Source: a virus | Taxonomy: Duplodnaviria; Caudoviricetes | IMG/VR virus record: IMGVR_UViG_3300032323_003414 | Span: 1-58,208 of that record | Length of the DNA: 58,208 nucleotides | Reading direction: 5' to 3' (one strand) | Shown: positions 38,915-49,469 of the stretch, piece after piece | Position numbering within the stretch: the first letter of the stretch is position 1 | Layout: every line of letters starts with the position of its first letter | Position numbers and translations under genes: made by a program | Notes under the pieces: generated by a model | Told to the model about the DNA's origin: nothing | Database searches by the model: none | What the model saw: only the letters and a program-made list of their open reading frames with translations

Positions 38915-39731
38915 ACGTGGATATTTAATCCTAGCACACAACAACGGGCAAGACGACTACGTGGCTTGTGCTCGAGCACTGGCTAAAAGCCTACGTTGGT
39001 GGATGCCTAATTGTAAAATTTGTTTGGTCACAGATGTCAACGAAACAGATCCTGTGTTTGACATTGTAAAGCCATTTCCCTACGGAGACCAAGATCCCAC
39101 AGGTACTTGGAAGCTGGCCAACGATTGGCAAGCATTTCATGCCTCGCCGTTTCGCGAAACAATCAAACTAGAAGCAGACATGGTCATCACCGGAGATATT
39201 TCTCATTGGTGGTCATGGTTTGAACATCGTGATGTTGTTGTAAGTCAAGGCATGCGTAACTATCTCAATGAGATTAGTGATTGTCGAGCCTATCGTAGAC
39301 TGTTTGACGACAACGAATTACCAGATGTGTACAATGCTATTACCTACTGGAGATTGAGTAGAACAGCTTCTGAATTTTTTCAATTGATCAAACAGTTTTT
39401 TGAAAATTGGTCAGCAGTAAGACAAACATTGAAATACTGCGACTCAATTGCCGCTAACACTGACATGATCTATGCCATCGCAGCCAAGTGCATGGGCGTG
39501 GAACGAGTAACTCTACCCGATGCTTGGCCCAGCATGATTCATATGAAGCCGGCGGTGAACTATCTTAAAACAGATGCTCGCCCTTGGACTGATGAATTTG
39601 TTTGGGAATTGGTCAACGGTCAAGTTAGAATTAACACAGTAGCGCAACAGTGGCCAGTGCATTACCACGAAAAAACATTTGCACATGAATTGGAGAAACA
39701 CTATGGACAGCTTTTGGCAAGCCGTATCTGA
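38898..39731 (+). CDS. GT-A fold glycosyltransferase-like protein (paralog of the preceding gene)
   Basis: RGYLILA, SPFRETIKLEADM, HMKP, HYHEK; GTG start. Confidence 0.6.
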   Translation: MAVEFERGYLILAHNNGQDDYVACARALAKSLRWWMPNCKICLVTDVNETDPVFDIVKPFPYGDQDPTGTWKLANDWQAFHASPFRETIKLEADMVITGDISHWWSWFEHRDVVVSQGMRNYLNEISDCRAYRRLFDDNELPDVYNAITYWRLSRTASEFFQLIKQFFENWSAVRQTLKYCDSIAANTDMIYAIAAKCMGVERVTLPDAWPSMIHMKPAVNYLKTDARPWTDEFVWELVNGQVRINTVAQQWPVHYHEKTFAHELEKHYGQLLASRI

Positions 39732-40053
39732 ACACAACTGGGAACAGCCCGAAGTAAAAATAGAATTTCGTTTGTATTATGACGAGCACGGCAATGTTGT
39801 TTGCTACAGCATGGAAGACTTGCCGGGCAATTACATAGCAATTGATAGAGTTACTTTTGAACAAACTCGATTTGATATAAAAGTCAAAGATGGCAAGATA
39901 ATCAAAGTAAGTAATCCAGCCAGTTGGAAATTGTTTTCCACTGATGCAGAAACAATGCATAGATGTCACCCCGATGACATCTGCATTGTAGTTCCTAAAG
40001 ACTACGCAACACCACACTATTGGGAAGTGAAAACAACACATGACGCAGATTGA
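39703..40053 (+). CDS. Hypothetical protein
   Basis: ORF in a tightly coupled operon; ATG 39703 preferred over the track start 39679. Confidence 0.6.
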   Translation: MDSFWQAVSEHNWEQPEVKIEFRLYYDEHGNVVCYSMEDLPGNYIAIDRVTFEQTRFDIKVKDGKIIKVSNPASWKLFSTDAETMHRCHPDDICIVVPKDYATPHYWEVKTTHDAD

Positions 40054-40969
40054 CATAGCAGATTTAGATTGCATTTATCTTTCGTACGACGAACCACAGA
40101 AGGAAGAATTCTGGGTACGAATTAAAAACATGGTGCCCTGGGCAAAACGTGTAGACGGAGTCAAAGGGTCAGATGCCGCACACAAAGCAGCCGCAGACGC
40201 CAGCGACACCGAACGGTTCATCTTGATTGACGGTGATAACTTACCACAAGAAAACTTTTTTAATTTAACTCTTGAATACCCAGACGACAATTGGGAAAAA
40301 GCTGTATTCCGTTGGCGAGCACGTAATCATGTCAACGGGCTAATGTACGGCAATGGTGGACTCAGTAGTTGGACTCGTGAATTTGTATGGAATATGAAAA
40401 CCCACGAAGCCACAGATGGCCGAACAGAAACTGAAGTAGAGTTTTGTTTTGATCCCTTGTACTGGCCCATGCATGATTGTTATTCAACTACATACCCCAA
40501 CGGATCTCCTTTTCATGCCTGGAGAGCAGGCTTCCGCGAAGGTGTTAAGATGTGCTTAGATCGTGGACGTAAACCCACTGTCAGTGAATTTAAAGACAGT
40601 GTACATAAACGAAACTTTGATCATCTCTCTATCTGGCACAACGTAGGTTGTGATGTTGAAAATGGGTTCTGGGCTATTGCTGGAGCCCGTCAAGGTACAT
40701 ACATGACCATGCTCAGTGAGTGGGATCATAAAGAAGTACAAAATTTTGACTGCTTAAAAAATATTTGGGAAGCAGTGGCAGCCCCTAGAGAACCTGGCGA
40801 TTTAATCGATCAATACCACGAGCCGTTAAACACACAGCTGGGCTTGCCTATGGCATTTATGCCTCCTTTCCAGAGTGCATTCTTCAAAGATCACTATCGT
40901 AGTAATTGGCATAATCGTGGTGTAATGACCAGAGAGATTGATGTCATTCGGAGTCAAGAAGGATGGTAA
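40040..40969 (+). CDS. GT-A/GT2-like glycosyltransferase-like protein
   Basis: YLSYDEP, RVDGVKG..AAH.AAA, FILIDGD, AWRAGFREG. Confidence 0.55.
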   Translation: MTQIDIADLDCIYLSYDEPQKEEFWVRIKNMVPWAKRVDGVKGSDAAHKAAADASDTERFILIDGDNLPQENFFNLTLEYPDDNWEKAVFRWRARNHVNGLMYGNGGLSSWTREFVWNMKTHEATDGRTETEVEFCFDPLYWPMHDCYSTTYPNGSPFHAWRAGFREGVKMCLDRGRKPTVSEFKDSVHKRNFDHLSIWHNVGCDVENGFWAIAGARQGTYMTMLSEWDHKEVQNFDCLKNIWEAVAAPREPGDLIDQYHEPLNTQLGLPMAFMPPFQSAFFKDHYRSNWHNRGVMTREIDVIRSQEGW

Positions 40970-42390
40970 ACAACAAAGGCGATGAAATAACATCAGACTT
41001 TAAATCTAAGTTTCTCAGTGATGCCGAAATCATAAAAGAAAAATTAGATTCAGTAAGTCCCAGTCTTTGTTTGGCCAAATGGAAACAGGTCAGTCTGCAC
41101 CTAACCACAGGGCACACAAACTCCTGCTATCATCCACCTCTGCATAAAATTCGTATAGAAGACATTCAACGTTCACCATCGGGTATACACAACACTGAAC
41201 ACAAAAAACAACAACGTCGGTTGATGCTCGAAGGCACACGGCCCAGCGAGTGCAGTTATTGTTGGACCATGGAAGACAATGGCAAACTCAGCGACAGACA
41301 TTACCGTAGTGGTGAGCCCTGGGCCGCACGTGATTTTGAAAAGATTGTTCAAACGCCTTGGAATCAAGATGCTATTCCTAGCTATGTTGAAGTTAACTTT
41401 AACTCGGCATGCAATCTAAAATGCAGTTATTGTAGTCCTCAGTTTAGTTCTAGCTGGATGGATGAAGCCGAGCGTGAGGGTGCATTTCCTACATCAACTC
41501 CGCACAACGATCCTGCATACTTTACAGGCGAGCGCAGGCCTATTCCCAACAGAGAACAGAATCCTTATGTAGATGCTTTCTGGGCCTGGTGGCCTACATT
41601 GTATCCAGAGTTAGAACATTTCCGCATGACTGGTGGCGAGCCAATGATGGATAAAAATACCTACAGAGTGTTTGACTATGTGTTGGCCAATCATAATCCT
41701 CGGTTACACTTAAACGTCACATCAAACTTTAGTGTAGAAGAAAAGTTATGGCAACGTTACAAAGATTATGTCAAACAGTTATGTGAAGGCGAGCGAATTG
41801 AACACTTTATGCAGTATGTCAGTGTAGATGCCTGGGGAGCTCGTTCAGAGTACATTCGCGATGGTTTAAATTTTGATTTACTATGGAAGCGTGTTAATGA
41901 GTTTCTTACAGAAATTCCTGGACGTAGTTCAATAACTTTTATCGTGACCATGAATAACTTGTCAGTGACTAGCTTGCAAGAACTTATGACCGGAATACTC
42001 GAGTTAAGACGAACTCACTCAAAGACGTATCAACGTGTTTGGTTTGACACTCCTGTGTTACGCACTCCTGCCTGGCAAAGCCTACAGTTGTTACCTGAGA
42101 GTTACGCAGATAAGCTACAAGAAACATTGACTTGGATGTCAACTAACCTTGAAACAGAAGCCACAAGATTCAAAGGCTTTAAGGACTACGAGTTAAACAG
42201 ACTGGATAGAGATATTGCCTGGATGAGAAACGGACAACAATTAGATTCTGTGTATGTTGTAAAACAAAAAGCTGATTTCTATCGCTTTTTCAGCGAACAC
42301 GATCGTAGACGCAACACAGATTTTTTAAAAACATTTCCTGAAATGTCTGCCTGGTGGCAAGAATGTGCGTATCATGCCAATAATAGTTGA
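40963..42390 (+). CDS. N-terminal twitch radical SAM protein
   Basis: CLAKW...SCYHP...CSYC, then CNLKCSYC and TGGEP. Confidence 0.9.
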   Translation: MVNNKGDEITSDFKSKFLSDAEIIKEKLDSVSPSLCLAKWKQVSLHLTTGHTNSCYHPPLHKIRIEDIQRSPSGIHNTEHKKQQRRLMLEGTRPSECSYCWTMEDNGKLSDRHYRSGEPWAARDFEKIVQTPWNQDAIPSYVEVNFNSACNLKCSYCSPQFSSSWMDEAEREGAFPTSTPHNDPAYFTGERRPIPNREQNPYVDAFWAWWPTLYPELEHFRMTGGEPMMDKNTYRVFDYVLANHNPRLHLNVTSNFSVEEKLWQRYKDYVKQLCEGERIEHFMQYVSVDAWGARSEYIRDGLNFDLLWKRVNEFLTEIPGRSSITFIVTMNNLSVTSLQELMTGILELRRTHSKTYQRVWFDTPVLRTPAWQSLQLLPESYADKLQETLTWMSTNLETEATRFKGFKDYELNRLDRDIAWMRNGQQLDSVYVVKQKADFYRFFSEHDRRRNTDFLKTFPEMSAWWQECAYHANNS

Positions 42391-43390
42391 GCCTGGCCTA
42401 GCACTCAATTATTTAAAACAAGACCCAGATATTCAAATTGACCGTCTAGGCAACTGTCAATCAACTCATTATATTATCAGTCTAGCTACATTTACTCAGC
42501 AGTGGCCGCAAGTACTAGACCTACTAACTCAAGGCAGTATTATTGCTGTTGAAAAAACTGATGAAAGTGTTGTGACACAATGGCATATAGTCAAACATCA
42601 AGATTACAATCCCTGGATTAAATCTGGGCAGTTGAGATTTATCACAGGAGGTGCCGCTCCTGTTGAGGTAAGGAATTTAAACAGCGAGCATTTTTTGGCA
42701 GCAACCATTGGCAGTCAGGCCTATGGTATGCCACTCTTGGACTACAAACATTGTCGTAAACCTTACAATTTTTTGTTTACCAATCGCAAGGTACGCCCAC
42801 ATCGCAGATATCTTATTCACCGTTTAGAACAAGAAGGGCTGTTCAAAAATGCACTATGGTGCAATCACGAAGGACACAGTACCTGGGGGCATCCAGAATT
42901 TAATATCAACTATACCAATGAAAACATTCCAGTGCAGTCTTTACCGCCAGGGTACGACCCAGATCAACTGCCAGACTGGGTAGATGGTATTGTGGTAAAA
43001 GAACAATATCTTGACACATGGTTTAGTTTGGTGTCTGAAACAGTGTTTGAATCTCCGGCTAGTTTTAGAACTGAAAAATTCTATAAACCCATAATAGCAG
43101 GACATCCATTTGTGGTCTGTGCCAACACAGGTTTCTATCAAGATTTACACAATCTTGGGTTTCGATCATTTAATCACTTGATTGATGAATCATTTGATGT
43201 TACAATAAATGGTAAAGACCGTATTGATCGCCTAGTAGACACTGTAAAATGGTTGTGCCAACAAGACTTAGCAGAATTTTGGCAAGCCGCTAGAGAAGTA
43301 TGTTTATACAACCAGCACCGAGCTTTAGAACTACATAATAGCCAGCACCAATATTTTACGCAACAATTGAAAGATTTCATGCATGCCTAG
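42374..43390 (+). CDS. GT-B/GT10-like (TEK motif) glycosyltransferase-like protein
   Basis: RPHR, FSLVSET...FRTEKFYKPI..HPF, GF.SF..LIDESFD. Confidence 0.5.
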   Translation: MPIIVEPGLALNYLKQDPDIQIDRLGNCQSTHYIISLATFTQQWPQVLDLLTQGSIIAVEKTDESVVTQWHIVKHQDYNPWIKSGQLRFITGGAAPVEVRNLNSEHFLAATIGSQAYGMPLLDYKHCRKPYNFLFTNRKVRPHRRYLIHRLEQEGLFKNALWCNHEGHSTWGHPEFNINYTNENIPVQSLPPGYDPDQLPDWVDGIVVKEQYLDTWFSLVSETVFESPASFRTEKFYKPIIAGHPFVVCANTGFYQDLHNLGFRSFNHLIDESFDVTINGKDRIDRLVDTVKWLCQQDLAEFWQAAREVCLYNQHRALELHNSQHQYFTQQLKDFMHA

Positions 43391-44735
43391 ATTAAACAAC
43401 GAAACAGATCTTGAATACAAACGCAGAGTAATTGACATCAAGTCAGAGTCATTCTGCGGAGCCAAGTGGTACAACGCTACTATATGGTTGGGATCTGGTA
43501 TGACCACAAGTTGTCATCATCCGTTGCCGCATAAAGTTGAAATAGCAGATGTTGAGGCCAACCCTAAAGCATTGCATAACACTCCTAAAAAGAAACAGGA
43601 ACGTGAGCAAATGCAACAAGGAGAACGCCCACGTGGATGCGAATATTGTTGGAAAATTGAAGACATAGGTCGCGACAATGTGTCAGACCGTGTGTACAAA
43701 ACTGTGCTGTATTCAGATGAGGATTTAGATCATGCATTCAATTTACCCGCAGGCCAAGATGTGGATTTACAAACACTGGAAATTGCTTTTGACCGTACTT
43801 GCCAATTCGCTTGTTCTTATTGCAATCCGGCATTCTCAAGCACATGGGTGCGTGATATCAAACAACACGGAGCATATCAAGGACTTGTAAGTGACGGACG
43901 TAATCATTTTACTCACCCACACGACTCTGCACAGCTTTATACAATCAATGATGTGAATCCCTATGTGGAAGCGTTCTTTGCCTGGTGGGAGTCAGACCTA
44001 CACCGTACTCTCAAAGAACTACGCATCACAGGTGGTGAACCGTTGATGTCAGGCTACACCTGGAAGTTGTTAGATTGGTTCAAAGACAATCGTGGTAAAA
44101 GTTCCACACGCTTGGCAATCAATTCAAATCTTGGAATGTCAACAGAAGATGTTGTTAAGCTATTAGATCGGGCTGATGGTATTGCATTGGACTTGTATAC
44201 TTCAAACGAAAGCATGTCTGGTCATGCAGAATACATCCGAGATGGCCTGGATTGGAAGCAATGGATCGCCAACATGCATATGCTGGCTAATAGCGGTCGC
44301 CTGCGAGGACTGCATGTGATGTGTACTATCAACGCACTGTGCCTTGAATCATTGCCAGAGTTTTTGGATCACATGTTAGAATTCAAACAACAATATGGCA
44401 GAGACTTTCCAACTTTTACATTGAATATCTTACGCTTTCCAAGTTTTCAATCACCATTGGTATTGCCCGACGACCTACGTCAAGAACGTGGCAATAGATT
44501 GCAAAAGTGGTATGATGCTAACAAAGATAGCTCACTGTTACATCAGATGGAAATCAATCAAGTTCAAAGATTGATAGACTATCTTGACGTTGTTAAAACG
44601 CCTCACTCAGACACATTTGATCGTGCAAGTCTACACAATGATTTTAAACGGTTTCACGAACAGTATGATCAACGTCGTGGAAAAGACTTTACAAAAACAT
44701 TTCCTGCCTTGGCAGATTGGTACAACACATTATGA
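43383..44735 (+). CDS. N-terminal twitch radical SAM protein
   Basis: CGAKW...SCHHP...CEYC, then CQFACSYC and TGGEP. Confidence 0.9.
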   Translation: MPRLNNETDLEYKRRVIDIKSESFCGAKWYNATIWLGSGMTTSCHHPLPHKVEIADVEANPKALHNTPKKKQEREQMQQGERPRGCEYCWKIEDIGRDNVSDRVYKTVLYSDEDLDHAFNLPAGQDVDLQTLEIAFDRTCQFACSYCNPAFSSTWVRDIKQHGAYQGLVSDGRNHFTHPHDSAQLYTINDVNPYVEAFFAWWESDLHRTLKELRITGGEPLMSGYTWKLLDWFKDNRGKSSTRLAINSNLGMSTEDVVKLLDRADGIALDLYTSNESMSGHAEYIRDGLDWKQWIANMHMLANSGRLRGLHVMCTINALCLESLPEFLDHMLEFKQQYGRDFPTFTLNILRFPSFQSPLVLPDDLRQERGNRLQKWYDANKDSSLLHQMEINQVQRLIDYLDVVKTPHSDTFDRASLHNDFKRFHEQYDQRRGKDFTKTFPALADWYNTL

Positions 44736-46057
44736 CTAGTCCAGAAAGAAAATTAAGCAATTACAATTGGAACGAGCGCAAGCCAGTGTATATCGATGTG
44801 GAAGAATTATCAGATATTCAACAACACCGACTCATGGAAAGTCGACATTTTTGTATGATTCCTTGGATACACATGCATGGCTACCCTGACGGTCGTGCAT
44901 ATCCTTGCTGTCTCGGAGAAGAAACACATCCAGTAGGGGATCTTAAACAACATACAATCAAAGAAATCTGGAACCAAGAAGACTATCGAGAGATGCGACG
45001 AAACATGCTGGCAGACAAACCTAGTCGTCAGTGTGTGCGTTGCTATGAGCAAGAAGATGCTGGATTTGCCAGCATGCGCAATAACTCCAATCGACACTTT
45101 GGCCACCATATCAAAGACGTTGACATTACCTTGCCTGACGGCACACATCCTGAATTTGAAATACGTTACTGGGATGTAAGATTCAGTAACATTTGCAATC
45201 TCAAATGTCGTAGTTGTGGAAGTATATTCTCTAGTCGATGGTATGATGATGATGTTAAATTGCACGGCAAACCATTCCGTCCTCGTGTGCAGTATGCTGG
45301 CAAAACAGAACTGGACATTTGGGAACAGATGCAAGAGCACATTCCGCACTTAGAACAAATTTACTTTGCTGGTGGCGAACCTTTGATTATGGAAGAGCAC
45401 AATCGCATTTTAAAAATGTTAATCGAAACAGGTAATACTGGAGTTCGTCTAATATACAACACCAATCTAACTGAGCTTAAATTTAAAAAAGAAAGTGTAC
45501 TTGATCTATGGAAGCAGTTCCCACAAGTGTGTGTTGCGGCCAGCCTTGATGACATGGGAGAACGTGCTGGAATTATACGCTCAGGCACAGTGTGGGAAGA
45601 AGTAGAACAAAACATACGAGATCTAAAACGAGAATGTCCACACATTGATTTTATGATTAGTCCTACTCTTAGTGTGTTAAACATTTGGAACTTTTGTGAA
45701 TTCCATCGATACATGGTTGATCAAGGATTTATTCGTCCGTGCGATATGAATTTAAACATACTGCAAGGCCCTCGCGAATATCGCATTGATATCTTGCCAC
45801 AAGACATCAAGCTAGAACTCAAAGCCAAATTTGAACGTCATTTAGAATGGCTACGACCGCTTGATCACTTGAATCGTGCCACTGGCGGATTTGAAGCAGC
45901 CATACAGTTTATGATGGCACAAGATTGCACTGATATGTTGGCGAAATTTTGGAAAATTACCACAGACTTGGACTGGAGTCGTAACGAAAGTATTTTACAA
46001 GTTGTTCCTGAACTCAAACAAATATCAAAATATAAACCCGAAGGATTAAGAGAATGA
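44732..46057 (+). CDS. N-terminal twitch radical SAM protein
   Basis: FCMIPW...PCC...CVRC, then CNLKCRSC and AGGEP; ATGA overlap start. Confidence 0.9.
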   Translation: MTSPERKLSNYNWNERKPVYIDVEELSDIQQHRLMESRHFCMIPWIHMHGYPDGRAYPCCLGEETHPVGDLKQHTIKEIWNQEDYREMRRNMLADKPSRQCVRCYEQEDAGFASMRNNSNRHFGHHIKDVDITLPDGTHPEFEIRYWDVRFSNICNLKCRSCGSIFSSRWYDDDVKLHGKPFRPRVQYAGKTELDIWEQMQEHIPHLEQIYFAGGEPLIMEEHNRILKMLIETGNTGVRLIYNTNLTELKFKKESVLDLWKQFPQVCVAASLDDMGERAGIIRSGTVWEEVEQNIRDLKRECPHIDFMISPTLSVLNIWNFCEFHRYMVDQGFIRPCDMNLNILQGPREYRIDILPQDIKLELKAKFERHLEWLRPLDHLNRATGGFEAAIQFMMAQDCTDMLAKFWKITTDLDWSRNESILQVVPELKQISKYKPEGLRE

Positions 46058-47274
46058 ATATTCCACACGACTCATTTTGTGTGCTACCTTGGCTGAGTCT
46101 TGAGGCCAGTCCTATTGGCACTGTGCGTCCTTGCTGTCTAGCACTAGATGAAATTAAAGACAATGACGGCAACAAGTTCAAATTACAGCAAAGTACTTTC
46201 ATTGAAATACAAAACAGCGATCACATGAAAAAACTTCGCAACGAATTTTTAGATGGTAAAAAACCACAGACATGTAAACGTTGCTGGGATGAAGAAAGAT
46301 CTGGACGTACCAGCAAACGTATGCACACACTAGACAGACTCAAAGGAATGGTTGATCACAATATTTCTTGGAGTGCTGATGCTAAACCTTTGCTGTTTTT
46401 AGATCTCAAGCTGGGAAATATTTGCAATCTCAAATGTCGCATTTGCGGTTCCTGGTCATCCAGTACCTATGCCGCTGAAGATTTGAATTTCTTTACTACC
46501 CCCGAGCTAAAGAAAAGTAGTTTTAGTTATCAAATGCTACGAGATGGAGCTTGGCCCAGAGAGAATAGTCAATTTTGGACAGAACTAGAGAATACACTAA
46601 CAGACATACGTTACATAGAGTTTACCGGCGGCGAGCCTTTTATGATTCAAGAGCACTTTGATTTGTTGAAACGCCTGGTAGAAAAAGGCCTGGCTGGACA
46701 AATTGAAATACACTACAACACCAATGGTACACAATGGCCCGAAGGCGCTGAAGAAATTTGGCAGCACTTCAAAAATGTAGAAATAGCATTTAGCATTGAT
46801 GATGTAGGAGAAAGATTTGAATACCAACGATCAAATGCTATCTGGACAGAAGTACAAAACAACATTGCTAGATTTATTGCATTACGACACAAGCTATCAA
46901 ATATTAGATTACAAATATGTTGTACTGTGAATGTGTTTAATGTGTATTATCTTAATGACGTAGCTCGTTGGATCTACGACTTGACATTTGATTTTGTATA
47001 TTGGAATGTGCTACACGACCAATTCTACTTCAGCATTGGTACATTGCCGGCAACAGCCAAAGAAGCCATTGAACGTCATTTAAGATCACAGACATGGCCA
47101 GAAAAATGTCGTTCAGAAATTGATGGCATCATTGATTTCATGAACAAAGGCACCAGCCTGGATGGAAATTTATTAAGAATGCATGCCAAAGAATTAGACT
47201 TTAAACGAAATCAAAGTCTATCAACAGTGTCACCAGAGTTTGCCGCATTGATTGGATATGAGGTTAATGAATAA
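46054..47274 (+). CDS. N-terminal twitch radical SAM protein
   Basis: FCVLPW...PCC...CKRC, then CNLKCRIC and TGGEP. Confidence 0.9.
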   Translation: MNIPHDSFCVLPWLSLEASPIGTVRPCCLALDEIKDNDGNKFKLQQSTFIEIQNSDHMKKLRNEFLDGKKPQTCKRCWDEERSGRTSKRMHTLDRLKGMVDHNISWSADAKPLLFLDLKLGNICNLKCRICGSWSSSTYAAEDLNFFTTPELKKSSFSYQMLRDGAWPRENSQFWTELENTLTDIRYIEFTGGEPFMIQEHFDLLKRLVEKGLAGQIEIHYNTNGTQWPEGAEEIWQHFKNVEIAFSIDDVGERFEYQRSNAIWTEVQNNIARFIALRHKLSNIRLQICCTVNVFNVYYLNDVARWIYDLTFDFVYWNVLHDQFYFSIGTLPATAKEAIERHLRSQTWPEKCRSEIDGIIDFMNKGTSLDGNLLRMHAKELDFKRNQSLSTVSPEFAALIGYEVNE

Positions 47275-48175
47275 AATAACCCTTGTGATGCTACCGGAGT
47301 ACGTGAGTGCATTCGCTATGAAGCACCTACGTTCAGTATTTTCTCAATGGTTTGAATTTACCAACTATGAATCAGGAAAAGCCTACGGTCGTGAGTGTGT
47401 GTTTATTACGCATCACGATAAAGATCAAGTTCTAGCCGATCATCTTTGGCAACAGGGTTGCAAAGTGGCAGTAGAAGAGCTATGGGAATATCCTAGAACA
47501 CACCCTCGTTATTATACTATCAATTGTTCCAAATGGTTTTGGTTTAACGAAGCATTTTGGTACATGTCTTTGGGCTACGATCGTTATTACCCAACAAGAA
47601 AATTTTCCAAATTGGCGTTGATGCCAATGGGCAGGCGCCGTCCGTTTAGAGATCAGATTGTTGAACAGTTGGGTCCTATGTTGGATTTATTTGTATGGAG
47701 TTACTACGATCGCATGTTGCCCAATGATCTACCACTGGAACAAAGAGAGCCCGGCGACAAAATGGCCTGGACACGACATTTCAATCCAGACTGGTACGAC
47801 AACACTAGTTTTAGTTTAGTGGTAGAGACTCAAGTCACTGGCGTAGACTTTGTCACAGAAAAAACCTGGAAGCCCATTGCATACATGCACCCATTTTTGA
47901 TTCTTGGCCCAAATGGCACATTAAAAAATCTACGATCCTGGGGGTTCGAGACCTATGATAACTTGTTTGACGAAAGCTATGATTTGGTAGACTTTGACAA
48001 AGGCAAACTAGACATCATCATTGACAATGTTAAAAATTTTCAACCTTCCACCTACGACGATGAAACAAGAGATAGAGTGGCTTTTAATAAAAATAGATTT
48101 TTTAGCACACACATTATTAAAACGCAAATAAAGAAAGACATCGTAGATCCGTTGCAGGAGTTTATCAATGAGTAA
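47267..48175 (+). CDS. GT-B/GT10-like (TEK motif) glycosyltransferase-like protein
   Basis: RPFR, FSLVVET...FVTEKTWKPI..HPF, GFETY..LFDESYD. Confidence 0.5.
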   Translation: MNKITLVMLPEYVSAFAMKHLRSVFSQWFEFTNYESGKAYGRECVFITHHDKDQVLADHLWQQGCKVAVEELWEYPRTHPRYYTINCSKWFWFNEAFWYMSLGYDRYYPTRKFSKLALMPMGRRRPFRDQIVEQLGPMLDLFVWSYYDRMLPNDLPLEQREPGDKMAWTRHFNPDWYDNTSFSLVVETQVTGVDFVTEKTWKPIAYMHPFLILGPNGTLKNLRSWGFETYDNLFDESYDLVDFDKGKLDIIIDNVKNFQPSTYDDETRDRVAFNKNRFFSTHIIKTQIKKDIVDPLQEFINE

Positions 48176-49469
48176 ACCCGATACATTATGCATGGCACCG
48201 TGGACTCACACCTACCTGAGCCCGCAAACAGAACGTCGGTTGTGCTGTGCATCAAGAGAACCTGCACAAAATTTTGAACAGTATATTGACACTGCTGCCG
48301 GCACTGGAAAATATATTCCGATCACACTAGAAGATCATTGGAACAGTGAACACATGAAGTCGGTGCGTCGACGCATGATGGCAGGAGAAACTTTGCCAGA
48401 ATGTGCAGTGTGCAACGAAAAGTTATTAAATACTGACGTCTATCGCAGTTATTTTTGGGGATTGTTTGGTCACAAGTATGATCAAGTCATGCAAGAAACC
48501 ACACCAGACGGCGTCACTACAATGAAACCTGTGAGTTGGGACTATAGATTTTCCAACTTGTGTAATTTTAAATGTCGTATGTGTGGCGACATGCTTTCAA
48601 GTTCGTGGGAAAGCGAACAACGCAAGCATGACATGGTTGACTGGACTAATCCCAAAAACAACTGGATGCGTCCTGAAGTCAAACGTGAAATCACAAAGTT
48701 TCAAGACACACAGATAGAAGCAGAGTTTGCCCAAGCAGTTGAAGAACACCGTGTTGAAGAGATTTATTGGGTAGGCGGAGAACCGCTGATGTACGAACAG
48801 CATTGGCGTTATATGAAAAGAATTATTGAACTAGGTGACGGACCAAAACTTTATGCAAGATACAATACCAACCTTAGCCGCGTGGATTATAATGGGATTA
48901 GTCTTTATCGTGATTTGTTATCAAATATACGTGACTTCCAAATCTGTGCAAGCATCGACGGAACAGGACAAATCGGAGAATACATCAGAACCGGTCTGGC
49001 CTGGCCCGTATTTTTAGAAAATTTCAAACGTGGTTTAGAGATAGCACGTCATCGTAGACAAATGCGACTGGACTTTACGTTGACTCTGCCCGGCTTGTTT
49101 GAAGTAGAAAACATGCAACGCATTGCCAATGAACTAGGAGTTGATATCTTGGCCAAAGTAGTATTTGCGTTTACTCCAGACATTGTAATGAGCCCGTTAG
49201 CACTGCCCAGAGAGCTATTGAATCGCACTGTTGATCGTTTGATTCCTACCACACATGGTGCTTTAACAGATGTGCTACTACAACTTAAGAATCGCCCTAA
49301 CTTTGAAGAACAATGGCCAGATCAATATCAGGCAGGCCTTGCAAAAGGCAAGACACGTGTGTTAAAATTAGAACAGATAAGGAATGATTCGTTCACTATG
49401 AACGACATATTAAAACAAGATGCAGACATATATGCCTGGTGGCAAGACATTAGACCAAGTAACAATTGA
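48168..49469 (+). CDS. N-terminal twitch radical SAM protein
   Basis: LCMAPW...LCC...CAVC, then CNFKCRMC and VGGEP. Confidence 0.9.
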   Translation: MSKPDTLCMAPWTHTYLSPQTERRLCCASREPAQNFEQYIDTAAGTGKYIPITLEDHWNSEHMKSVRRRMMAGETLPECAVCNEKLLNTDVYRSYFWGLFGHKYDQVMQETTPDGVTTMKPVSWDYRFSNLCNFKCRMCGDMLSSSWESEQRKHDMVDWTNPKNNWMRPEVKREITKFQDTQIEAEFAQAVEEHRVEEIYWVGGEPLMYEQHWRYMKRIIELGDGPKLYARYNTNLSRVDYNGISLYRDLLSNIRDFQICASIDGTGQIGEYIRTGLAWPVFLENFKRGLEIARHRRQMRLDFTLTLPGLFEVENMQRIANELGVDILAKVVFAFTPDIVMSPLALPRELLNRTVDRLIPTTHGALTDVLLQLKNRPNFEEQWPDQYQAGLAKGKTRVLKLEQIRNDSFTMNDILKQDADIYAWWQDIRPSNN

